A stretch of DNA of 64,000 nucleotides from Phyllobates terribilis (lineage: Eukaryota), in assembly GCF_046119375.1 (NCBI RefSeq), contig NW_027362761.1, forward strand, positions 876,742,001 through 876,806,000. The letters are read 5' to 3'. Of the stretch, positions 52,082 to 63,882 are shown one piece after another (the stretch's first letter is position 1; each line of letters opens with the position of its first letter). The notes under the pieces are model-generated. The model did not search any database. It was not told where the DNA came from and saw nothing but the letters and a program-made list of their open reading frames with translations. The position numbers and the translations under genes are program-made.

Positions 52082-52513
52082 TACAAAGGTGACCATATAA
52101 AGACCATTCTTACACTTCTGACTAGACCTGATTTACAGAATGTTATACCTGACATATTGTGAAATGGTAGATCTGATTAGCAAAGTGGGTTAATTTTGAA
52201 AGAATTGAAGTAAAAAAAGCAGACCAACAACAAGCTGGCTTTACACTATTCCACAAAATACAAACGTTAATTATCGAGAAGAGCAAAGACCCAAAAGTGA
52301 AGAAGGATGAAGGAGGCATTGGGATGATACTGACAACTTGTCCACACAGCAGTGAAGCAGTAACATGGTGTCCTATTAGGATTTAAAATGTGGAAAAGAT
52401 TATATTACTTTAAGAACGATCTATCAATAGACGCAGTTGAGATCAACATTCCTGGTACTCCATATAAAATATCTCCTGAAATAAAAATGTTTAATAAAAC
52501 TGCTTGGATATAC

Positions 52514-52717
52514 AATACTGTGCAAAAGTTTTAGGCAGGTGTGGAAAAAGTGCTGCAAAGTAAGAATGCTTTCAAAAATAGAAGTGTTAATAGTTTATTT
52601 TTATGTATTAACAAAATGCAACATGAATGAACAAAAGTGAAATCTAAATCAAATCAATATTTGGTGTGACCACACTTTGCCTTCAAAACAGCAACAAAGA
52701 ATCAATTCTTCTAGATA
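52514..52717. mobile_element. Tc1 end fragment cut by the next Tc1
   Basis: caatactgtgcaaaagttttaggcagg start typical of Tc1 TIRs. Confidence 0.55.
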
Positions 52718-52719
52718 TA

Positions 52720-54232
52720 CAGTACAGACCAAAAGTGTGGACACACCTTCTCATTTAAAGTATTTTCATGACTATGAAAATTGTACATTCACACTAAAGG
52801 CATCAAAACTATGAATTAACACATGTGGAATTATATACTTAACAAAAAAGTGTGAAATAACTGAAAATATGTCTTATATTCTAGGTTCTTCAAAGTAGCC
52901 ACCTTTTGCTTTGATGACTGCTTTGCACACTTTTGGCATTCTCTTGATGAGCTTCAAGAGGTAGTCACCGGAAATGGTCTTCCAACAATCTTGAAGGAGT
53001 TCCCAGAGATGCTTAGCACGTGTTGGCCCTTTTGCCTTCACTCTGCGTCCAGCTCACCCCAAACCATCTCGATTGGGTTCAGGTCTGGTGACTGTGGAGG
53101 CAAGGTCATCTGGCGTAGCACCCCATCACTCTCGTTCTTGGTCAAATAGCCCTTACACAGCCTGGAGGTGTGTTTGGGGTCATTGTCCTGTTGAAAAATA
53201 ATTGATGGTCCAACTAAAGGCAAACCGGATGGAATAGCATGCCGATGCAAGATGCTGTGGTAGCCATGCTGGTTCAGTATGCCTTCAATTTTGAATAAAT
53301 CCCCAACAGTGTCACCAGCAAAGCACCCCCACACCATCACACCTCCTCCTCCATGCTTCACGGTGGGAACCAGGCATGTAGAGTCCATCCGTTCACCTTT
53401 TCTGCGTCGCACAAAGACACGGTGGTTGGAACCAAAGATCTCAAATTTGGACTCATCAGACCAAAGCACAGATTTCTACTGGTCTAATGTCCATTCTTTG
53501 TGTTCTTTAGCCCAAACTTGTCTCTTCTGCTTGTTGCCTGTCCTTAGTAGTGGTTTCCTAGCAGCTATTTTACCATGAAGGCCTGCTGCACAAAGTCTCC
53601 TCTTAACAGTTGTTGAAGAGATGTGTCTGCTGCTAGAACTCTGTGTGGTATTGACCTGGTCTGTAATCTGAGCTGCTGTTAACCTGCGATTTCTGAGGCT
53701 GGTGACTCAGATAAACTTATCCTCGGAAGCAGTGGTGACTCTTGGTCTTCCTTTCCTGGGGCGGTCTTCATGTGAGCCAGTTTCTTTGTAGCACTTGATG
53801 GTTTTTGCAACTGCACTTGGGGACACTTTCAAAGTTTTCCCAATTTTCCGCACTGACTGACTTTCATTTCTTAAAGTAATGATGGCCACTCATTTTTCTT
53901 TACTTAGCTGCTTTTTTCTTGCCATAATACAAATTCTAACAGTCTATTCAGTAGGACTATCAGCTGTGTATCCACCTGACTTCTGCACAACACAACTGAT
54001 GGTCCCAACCGCATTTATAAGGCAAGAAATCCCACTTATTAAACCTGACAGGGCACACCTGTGAAGTGAAAACCATATAATACATATTTTCAGTTGTTTC
54101 ACACTTTTTTGTTAAGTATATAATTCCACATGTGTTAATTCATAGTTTTGATGCCTTCAGTGTGAATGTACAATTTTCATAGTCATGAAAATACAGAAAA
54201 ATCTTTAAATGAGAAGGTGTGTCCAAACTTTT

Positions 54233-54235
<3 letters not shown>
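52720..54235 (-). mobile_element. Tc1 family A copy 2, pseudogene
   Basis: Near-identical to 3963-5587. ~100-bp deletion in the right TIR, and the last bases are replaced by (TA)n. Confidence 0.93.

Positions 54236-54290
<55 letters not shown>
54236..54290. repeat. (TA)n microsatellite
   Basis: Direct reading. Confidence 0.95.
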
Positions 54291-54292
<2 letters not shown>

Positions 54293-54296
54293 CTAA

Positions 54297-55921
54297 CAGT
54301 GCATTGTGAAAGTATTTGGCCCCCTTGAACTCTTCTACCTTTTGCCACATTTCTGGCTTCAAACATAAAGATATAAAATTCTAATTTTTTTGGGAAGAAT
54401 CAACAAGTGGGACACATTCGTGAAGTGGCACGAAATTAATTCGATATTTTAAACGTTTTTTTAAAAAAAATAAAAAATGAAAAGTGGGGCGAGCAATATT
54501 ATTCAGACCCCTTGAGTTAATACTTTGTAGCGCCACCTTTTGCTGCGATTACAGCTGCAAGTCGCTTGGGGTATGTCTCTATCAGTTTTGCACATCGAGA
54601 GGCTGAAATTCTTGCCCATTCTTCCTTGCAAAACAGCTCGAGCTCATTGAGGTTGGATGAAGGGCACTTGTGAAAAAGTTTTCAGCTCTTTCAACAGATT
54701 CTCGATTGGATTCAGGTCTGGACTTTGACTTGGCCATTCTAACACCTGGATATGTTTATTTTTGAACCATTCCATTGTAGATTTTGCTTTATGTTTGGGA
54801 TCATTGTCTTGCTGGAAGATAAATCTCCGTCCCAGTCTCAGGTCTTTTGCAGACTCCAAGAGGTTTTCTTCCAGAATAGTCCTGTATTTGGCTCCGCCCA
54901 TCTTCCTATCAATTTTAACCATCTTCCCTGTCCCTACTGAAGAAAAGAAGGCCAAAGCCATGATGCTGCCATCATCATGTTTGACAGTGGGGATGGTGTT
55001 TTGAGGGTGATGAGCTGTGTTGCTTTTACGCCAAACAGATCGTTTTGCATTGTGGCCAAAAAGTTCGATTTTGGTTTCATCTGACCAGAGCACCTCATTC
55101 CACATGTTTGGTGTGTCTCCCAGGTGGCTTGTGGCAAACTTCAAACGAGACTTTTTATGGATATCTTTGAGAAATGGCTTTCTTCTTGCCACTCTTCTAT
55201 AAAGGCCAGATTTGTGCAGTGTACGACTGATTGTTGTCCTATGGACAGACTCTCCCACCTCAGCTGTAGATCTCTGCAGTTCATCCAGAGTGATCATGGG
55301 CCTTTTGGCTGCATCTCTGATCAGTCTTCTCCTTGTTCGAGATGAAAGTTTAGAAGGACGGCCGGATCTTGGTAGATTTGCAGTGGTCTGATACTCCTTC
55401 CATTTCAATATGATCGCTTGCACAGTGCTCCTTGAGATGTTTAAAACTTGGGAAATCTTTTTGTATCCAAATCCGGCTTTAAACTTTGCCACAACAGTAT
55501 CTTGGACCTGCCTGGTATGTTCCTTGGTCTTCATGATGCTCTCTGCACTTGAAACAGAACCCTGAGACTATCACAGAGCACGTGCATTTATATGGAGACT
55601 TGATTACACACAGGTGGATTCTATTTATCATTACCAGTCATTTAGGACAACATTGGATCATTCAGAGATCCTCACTGAACTTCTGGAGTGAGTTTGCTGC
55701 ACTGAAAGTAAAGGGGCCGAATAATATTGCACGCCCCACTTTTCATTTTTTTTTTTAAAGTTTAAAATATCCAATAAATTTTGTTCCACTTCACGATTGT
55801 GTCCCACTTGTTGTTGATTCTTCCCCCCAAAAATTTGAATTTTATATCTTTATGTTTGAAGCTAGAAATGTGGCAATAGGCAGAAAAGTTCAAGGGGGGC
55901 AAATACTTTCACAATGCACAG
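54297..55921 (-). mobile_element. Tc1 family C; 296-aa ORF with frameshifted C-terminus
   Basis: CAGTGCATTGTGAAAGTATTTGGCCCCCTTGAAC...GTTCAAGGGGGGCAAATACTTTCACAATGCACAG. ORF 55534-54644 with WSDETK, QQDNDPKH and SPDLNPIE. Confidence 0.92.
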
Positions 55922-55940
55922 TATATATATTATATATATA

Positions 55941-56679
55941 CAGGGTGGTCCAAAAGTAGGTGGACAGAAAGTGTAATAAGGTTATGAAGGGGGAGATTTA
56001 TCAAACACTAAATTGCAGCAGCCTGTCTGGATCATCCTCCAATAAACCATGAATTAGACGTGGACGATAAGCTTTCCACCCAATAGATTTCAGGATTCGC
56101 ATGATAGAAGCTCGTGAAATTCCCAATTCCAAAGAGGCTCTTCTGGTGGACTTTTTTGGACTCTGAACAAATGTTTCAGCAACAAGTTGTTTATTATCTT
56201 CTGTACAGACTGTTTCGGGTCGACCAGTTTTTGGAGCATTAAGGATTGAGCCAGTGGCATTGAATTTGTCACGAATGCGGTAAATGGTTTGTCTTTTTGG
56301 GGCTTGAGTACCAAATGTTTCAACCCAATTTTCTCTAACAGTTTCAGCATTTTGAGATTTCCAATACCCTGTTAAAATCCATTTTCTTTGATCTGTATTT
56401 AAGTTATTTGCCATTATGTGTTATCTGAATTATCTGAAAAGAAAACAGATTTGAGGGAGATCTATCTGTGAAAACTAGATCTGTGAAACTGGCTCAGTAG
56501 TCCTTAGCAACCAATCAGATTCCACCTTTCATTTTCCAAAGCGTCTGTGAGGAATGAAAAGTGGAATCTGATTGGTTGCTAAGGGCAACTGAGCCAGTTT
56601 CACTTTACACCATGTTTGATAAATCTCCCCCTTCATAACCTTATTACACTTTCTGTCCACCTACTTTTGGACCACCCTG
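55941..56679 (-). mobile_element. 739-bp mariner-like deletion derivative encoding only the N-terminal HTH (DUF4817-like)
   Basis: TA-flanked 67-bp perfect TIR (55941-56007 and 56613-56679). ORF 56414-56001 (QRKWIL..KFNATGSI..KTGRP..QSPKKSTRRASLELGIS) with no DDD domain. Confidence 0.85.
56453..56631. mobile_element. Palindromic MITE inside the mariner derivative
   Basis: aactggctcag..agcaaccaatcagattccac..ttcat / atgaa..gtggaatctgattggttgct..ctgagccagtt, ending tttgataaatctccccc. Confidence 0.7.
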
Positions 56680-56691
56680 TATATATTTATT

Positions 56692-56756
<65 letters not shown>
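56680..56756. repeat. (TA)n(TG)n compound microsatellite
   Basis: Direct reading. Confidence 0.95.
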
Positions 56757-56760
<4 letters not shown>

Positions 56761-58488
56761 ATAGTTAGATTTCCTTTTGGTGTTAGAAATATAAATAGTT
56801 TTGGATGATTACTAGTGTCCATTCATTGTCTGCGCCGTTGCATCCAAATAACCTGTTCACAAAATCAAAGTATGACATTGGGTTGGAAGGGGTTAAACAG
56901 GCAGTTTTGATGACATCACAAAGCACATAAACGTCATAGACATCATATGACATCACAATTGGTATAGAATGTACAAAGTGTAACACCTGATCTTGTTTCA
57001 TTAGAGCCGGACAGCTTGAAGGAAACAAGTCTAGGTAGGGAACTCTTCACTTACAACCTCACTCATACATTGTATAGATGGGGGGTTAGTAGTGGGATTC
57101 AGAACTGCATCATTCACCTGAAAATCTCAGCAAAAAGCACTGGATCATGTGTCCCATGCTATGATTGCTATCATGATTCTAAGATTTAAAAAAAATATTA
57201 TTGTCCAGATTCCAAGGAAAATCTGCACATTTGGGTGCTTCAGTAAGGCAGTGTGAGCCCGGCCTAACAGGGGTTACCAATCTGCACAACCCCTTCCCTA
57301 AATGAGGACTTGCTGGTCAATCAACTGAACATCAGGGGTCTTGAAGACCCTCAGAAACTGGCTGGTGTTGCCCTCTATGACACCCATATGCTCTAATAAA
57401 AACATATAGAAAGGGGTGGGCAAGTTGAGACAACTCCATTTGGTTCCATTTTTGGGTAGCTTTGCCATTAATGTTGTTAAAACATAGTATTTTCATAACA
57501 TAAATTTAATTGCAGACTGCTCCAGTTCTCCATTCTCAGCTCTTATGGTCCTGTTGGATCAGGAGTGACCTGGAACTGACGGTTTATCATGATCAGGAAT
57601 TGCAGTATGGCGTCCTGTGTTTTTCTTTAGTTCATAGAACATTAGGTGATGCAGATTAGAAGAAAAGGGTGGAAATGTTTAGGTTATAACATGTGTCATG
57701 ACTCAATTAAAAATGAGGCTGGTGGATATTTGCAGCCTGTGATTTTGTTTTATTAATTCAATTCTTCCTTGATGTTGGAAATGTGATACATGTACAGCAG
57801 TGGCAGTTATTACGACATCCAGGGGACATGACATCACAGGGCACATGACATCACAATTGGTATAGAATGTGTAAAGTTCTAATCCTAAACCATCTTGTGT
57901 CCCAGAGGCAGCAGCTTGATGAAGACATATCCATGTAGGTAGCTCTTCACATAACACTAAGGCCTAATTCACACATTGTGTAGGTGTGGGGTGTTTGTGG
58001 TGAAGTTTAGAACTGCACCATTTACCCCTAAACAATCTGAGCAAACATCTGAGTGACTTGTTCTCTCTTGTGTATCAGGATGATTCCTTAAATAGGACCT
58101 ATGATTTAATCCTCTTTTTTGTAATGATAGGTGTTATGTCTCATCTACTTTAGATTCGCAGCTGTAATGAAGCACGGACAGATGACGGTGGCGCAGCAGG
58201 ATGGTCGAGCAGAAACGGAGAACATAGTAGCTTCACCAGAGGACCAGAACTGGAACCACAGGATATAATGAGTAAAACTGAAGCAACAGCAACTGGCGTA
58301 ATAGAGTTACAGACTCTGATCAGACTTTGATCAGAGCGGCATCAGTTTTTCTCGAACGTGGAGATGAGAAAAAAAAGAGGTTTCTCACCTTCTCCCATCT
58401 GTCAGTCGATGAAAATCAGACCACACTCAAATGTCATCAAAGTGAGGTCCAATTTTTTCACAGACCCATAGACTTGCATTGCCATTAC

Positions 58489-58675
58489 TAGTGTTGAGTG
58501 AATTTGTTCGGCATTTCAAATTCGGCTTGTTCCCGCCAAAAAATCGGCTCCGCCGACGAACATCCCTGGTTTGCCACGCTGTCACACAGATAACATCCGA
58601 TTTTTTGGCGCGAACAAGCCAGAACTCCGAACACGAACAAGAATTTGAAATGCCGAACAAATTCGCTCAACACTA
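58489..58675. mobile_element. 187-bp hAT MITE with 8-bp TSD
   Basis: GCCATTAC-TAGTGTTGAGTGAATTTGTTCGGCATTTCAAATTC...GAATTTGAAATGCCGAACAAATTCGCTCAACACTA-GCCATTAC. Confidence 0.9.
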
Positions 58676-58680
58676 GCCAT

Positions 58681-59150
58681 TACCATATTTTGCAGACTAT
58701 AAGATGCACCGGACAATAAGACGCACCCCAAATTTTGGGGTGGAAAATACATTTTTTAAATAAAATGGTGGTGCCTCTTATAGTCCAATTAACGGTAGGT
58801 TACCGGAAGGGGGCGCGGTGGAGCAGGGTCACAGGAGGCAGGGCTGCTGCTTCAAGGGACCGGCGGAGGCAGGAGTGGGGCGATGCTGCGGGCCCTGGGC
58901 TCTCATAAGATGTCGGCGCCAGTGAGCAGAGTCCCCCTTTTCCATTGATTGCCGTGCAGTGGGCTTTGGGAAAATGGCCGCTGTAGGCGGCACATGTGCA
59001 GATTGAGATCTCGGGAGATGCATGCAATTCCTCCAGCGTCCATTTTCCCAAAGCCCACTACAGGGCAATCAATGGGAAAAGGGGGACTCTGCTTACTGGC
59101 ACTGACATCTTATGAGAGCCCAGGGCCCGCAGCATCGCCACACTCCCCAC
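58681..59150. mobile_element. Tc1/pogo-type MITE, right part lost; long internal inverted repeat
   Basis: Starts taccatattttgcagactataagatgcacc. 58872-58977 is the reverse complement of ~59040-59147. Confidence 0.6.
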
Positions 59151-61634
59151 GGTGTACATTATTCTGTATGCTCTCAGGAGCAGCCTGTATATTATATATT
59201 AGATTGTAAGCTCCTAGGACAGGGTGTGCATTATTCTGCATGCCCTCAGGAGCAGCATGTATATTGTATATTAGATTGTAATCTCCTAGTACAGGGTGTA
59301 CATTATTCTGTATGCCCTCAGGAGCAGTCTGTATATTGTATATTAGATTGTAAGCTCCTAGGACAAGGTGTACATTATTCTGCATGCCCTCAGGAGCAGC
59401 CTGTATATTATATATTAGATTGTAAGCTCCTAGGACATGGTGTGCATTATTCTGTATGCCCTCAGGAGCAGTCTGTATATTGTATATTAGATTGTAAACT
59501 CATAGGACAGGGTGTACATTATTCTGTATGCCCTCATGAGCAGTCTGTATATTATATATTAGATTGTAAGCTCCTAGGACAGGGTGTACATTATTCTGCA
59601 TGCCCTCAGGAGCAGCCTGTATATTATATATTAGATTGTAAGCTCCTAGGACAGGGTGTGCATTATTCTGTATGCCCTCAGGAGCAGCATGTATATTATA
59701 TATTAGAATGTAAGCTCCTAGGACAGGGTGTACATTATTCTGCATGCCCTCAGGAGCAGTCTGTATACTGTATATTAGATTGTAAGCTACTAGGACAGGG
59801 TGTACATTATTCTGTATGCCCTCAGGAGCAGCATGTATATTATATATTAGAATGTAAGCTCCTAGGACAGGATGTACATTATTCTGTATGCTCTAAGGAG
59901 AAGCCTGTATATTAGACTGTAAGCTCCTAGGACAGGGTGTAGATTATTCTGTATGCTCTAAGGAGAAGCCTTTATATTGTATATTAGATTGTAAGCTCCT
60001 CTTGAGCAGGGTGTACATTATTCTGTATGCCCTCAGGAGCAGTCTGTATATTCTTAGATTGTGAGCTCCTAGGACAGGGTGTAGATTATTCTGCATGTCC
60101 TCGGGACCAGTCGGTATATTGTATATTAGATTGTAAGCTCCTAGGGCAGGGTGTGCATTATTCTGTATGCTCTAAGGAGAAGCCTGTATATTGTATATTA
60201 GACTGTAAGCTCCTAGGACAGGGTGTGCATTATTCTGTATGCCCTCAGGAGCAGCATGTATATTATATATTAGAATGTAAGCTCCTAGGACAGGATGTAC
60301 ATTATTCTGCATGCCCTCAGGAGCAGCCTGTATATTATATATTAGATTGTAAGCTCCTAGGGCAGGGTGTGCATTATTCTGTATGCTCTAAGGAGAAGCC
60401 TGTATATTGTATATTAGACTGTAAGCTTCTAGGACAGGGTGTAGATTATTCTGTATGCTCTAAGGAGAAGCCTTTATATTGTATATTAGATTGTACGCTC
60501 CTCTTGAGCAGGGTGTACATTATTCTGCATGCCCTCAGGAGCAGCCTGTATATTATATATTAGATTGTAAGCTCCTAGGACAGGGTGTGCATTATTCTGT
60601 ATGCTCTAAGGAGAAGCCTGTATATTGTATATTAGACTGTAAGCTCCTAGGACAGGGTGTGCATTATTCTGTATGCTCTAAGGAGAAGCCTTTATATTGT
60701 ATATTAGATTGTACGCTCCTCTTGAGCAGGGTGTATTTGTCAGGGTCGGCTCTCCTGAGCTTATAATACATGCAGATATACAGCAATATGCAGCAGGACA
60801 GACGTGATCCAGGGAAATATCCGATCGCCACAACTGGGGCCAGGAAGGAATTTTTTCCCCCCCGAGGCAGAATTCTCCGGGGGTTTCTTCGCCTTCCTCT
60901 GGATCTTTTGGTCCAGTGTCTCTCAGCCGGTCCTCAATGCCCACAGCTAGTTTTGTAGTCTCTATGGGGCCTGACCTGAGAGTCATTGTGATCATGGTTT
61001 AATATCTTAGAGGGCCTTTATATTGTATATTAGATTTTAAGCTCCTCTTGAGCAGGGTGTACATTATTCTGTATGCCCTCAGGAGCAGTCTGTATATTCT
61101 TAGATTGTGAGCTCCTAGGACAGGGTGTAGATTATTCTGCATGTCCTCGGGACCAGTCGGTATATTGTATATTAGATTGTAAGCTCCAAGGACAGGGTGT
61201 AGATTATTCTGTATACCCTCAGGAGCAGCCTGTATATTATATATTAGATTGTAAGCTCCTAGGGCAGGGTGTGCATTATTCTGTATGCTCTAAGGAGAAG
61301 CCTGTATATTGTATATTAGACTGTAAGCTCCTAGGACAGGGTGTGCATTATTCTGTATGCCCTCAGGAGCAGCATGTATATTATATATTAGATTGTAAGC
61401 TCCTAGGACAGGGTGTACATTATTCTGCATGCCCTCAGGAGCAGCCTGTATATTATATATTAGATTGTAAGCTCCTAGGACAGGGTGTGCATTATTCTGT
61501 ATGCTCTAAGGAGAAGCCTGTATATTGTATATTAGACTGTAAGCTCCTAGGACAGGGTGTGCATTATTCTGTATGCTCTAAGGAGAAGCCTTTATATTGT
61601 ATATTAGATTGTACGCTCCTCTTGAGCAGGGTGT
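59151..61634. repeat. 72-bp tandem repeat (~30 copies in two blocks: 59151-60734 and 61014-61634)
   Basis: Unit cagggtgtacattattctgcatgccctcaggagcagcctgtatattatatattagattgtaagctcctagga. Confidence 0.95.
60735..61013 (+). mobile_element. CR1 3'-UTR-like spacer, duplicated at 61635-61918
   Basis: gatccaggga..gccaggaaggaattttttccc..ttcgccttcctctggatc resembles recalled frog CR1 3' ends. The two copies are near-identical. Confidence 0.5.
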
Positions 61635-62536
61635 ATTTGTCAGGGTCGGCTCTCCTGAGCTTATAATACATGCAGATATACAGCAATATGCAGCAGGACA
61701 GACGTGATCCAGGGAAATATCCGATCGCCACAACTGGGGCCAGGAAGGAATTTCCCCCCCCCCCCGAGGCAGAATTCTCCGGGGGTTTCTTCGCCTTCCT
61801 CTGGATCTTTTGGTCCAGTGTCTCTCAGCCGGTCCTCAATGCCCACAGCTAGTTTTGTAGTCTCTATGGGGCCTGACCTGAGAGTCATTGTGATCATGGT
61901 TTAATATCTTAGAGGGCCGGTAATATTTTTATTACAATGTTGCTTATTGCTATTTCAATAAAAAAATAAAAAGAAAGAAAATAAGTGTCAAGTGAGGTTT
62001 TTGTCTTGACTTTTTATCATTACTACCCTCAATATTCCACAAGTAGAACTAGGAATTATGGTGGGCACCATTTACAGAAGGTAGACCACATATATTTACA
62101 CCCATTGTGGTATCATAATGTCAGCGCCTATCCCAAGTTACATTACAAAGTGTTATTTGGGCCGATCGCTGTGATGGGGGAAGGGCACTAAAATAGTATA
62201 TGTCCTACACAACAAACTACCTGATAGAAGTCTGAAGACCGGGACACAGAGCCGCCGAATACAAGAGACACAAGCAGTGGCGGTCTCGTGCCAAGGGCCC
62301 ACCAGTAACCAACTCCAGGGCCCCGCTTTTCAGCTACATTCAAATGTGACATTAATCAATCACAGATTTATAGAACAATGAACTGGGTAGATTGTTAAAT
62401 GAATAAGATGCTGCCTCTGTCTGTACTTAATGATTCAAGTATATTGTGCCAAGCACTGCTCATATAAGAGGTGGTGGACCACTTCTGCACAGGGGCCACC
62501 GGAGGATTCTCCTGTTGGCCAGTCCAAGACTGGGCA

Positions 62537-62700
62537 CAACTGCAAACCTACCAAGACATTACTATCCACCTAAACTGACATCCCAAGCAAAGAAAGCACT
62601 AAACAGATAAGTAGCCAAGAGGCCCATGGTCATTTAGGAGGAGCTGTAGAGATCTAAAGCTCAGGTAGGAGAATCTGTCCATGGGACAACTATTAGGGCT
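62537..62700 (+). mobile_element. Decayed Tc1 (family C-like) fragment
   Basis: Translates TANLPR..PPKL..AKRPM..EEL*RS.AQVGESVH.TTI. Confidence 0.55.
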
Positions 62701-63882
62701 CGCTCACGCAAGCATATAACTCGGATGAATGCTATCCATTGTTTTATCGGATAGTATTCAGTCTTGTTTGCAAACTATGTGCAAAACAATTACTTGTTGA
62801 AATCAGAAGATGACTGCTGGCATAAGGGTGAAAAGTAGGCCTGGGAGGTGACTGTTCCGTCTAAAAGGGAGGTAGGGGGCTGCTGCATCCAATGCAGAAG
62901 TGGTAACCATTCTAACCACAGAGAAGGTAGGGGGCTGCCGTATGTACTGGGTAAATTGGGATGCACTGAGACTAGGGAATTTATCAAAGATATAATACAA
63001 CGTATCACAGCTCTTGCTGCAAGCTTACAGGACATTCTGTAATGTTAAAGGACACTTGCACAATGTGTTTTGTCAGGCCAACAGAGCAACCGTCTTTAGG
63101 TTCACAAGCAGCAGAGCGAGCAAAGAGATCCTTTGAGAATTCATATCAAAATTCAGATCTGTGTTAATGGATGAATGTCAGCCCTACAAAGGACAAATTC
63201 ATTAGAGCATATCTCTATATGGCAACATTTTTATGGACCAAGCTGCAAAGATCTGTCAAAGCACATACAATCTGCTCCACATACAATGGGCTTGTCTAGT
63301 AAAGCTACATCTAAAGCCCCCCATACACACTAGATTTAAGTCAGTCTAACCCACTACTATGCAGGCAGGATCAGTTGATCATCTTATGTATATGGTGGAT
63401 TCCTGACTCTTCCTTGAGAGAAGATATTGGGGAAGAGAAGAATTGGGAAGGTTGAATTCAGAAGTTTCAGTGAGCTGCTTACTATGGATCTCAAACCAAG
63501 TGTTTACCTCTATTGCTAATTTGATAAAAATGGGAATGGGCCAACATATAAGACACATAAGACTGTTCCTTGGATAGGCTACACACAAGCCCTGTGGCCT
63601 CTTTAAACAATTGATCACAGGGGGTGCTTATGGTCAAACCACCTTCCTACGGATAAGCCATCAATTTTAAAAAGCTGGCTAACCCCTTCAATATTATGAT
63701 TGATCTATTACAACTGGGTATTACATCATTATGGTCAGGTTTGAGACATTACTAATCTGTTCAAGAACTATGTTCCAAAAAGTCACAAATTGTGCTAAAA
63801 ATCACGAGTTGTGGAAAAAAATAAGCAACTGTATGATATACAAAATAAGCAAATACCCTGCAGTAAATAAAAAAAATAGAAA

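Noticed and set aside
59112-61666. Long Cys-rich repetitive ORFs (267, 178 and 197 aa)
   Set aside because: By-product of a 72-bp unit (a multiple of 3) lacking a stop in one frame. No splice or promoter context, and antisense to TBCK.
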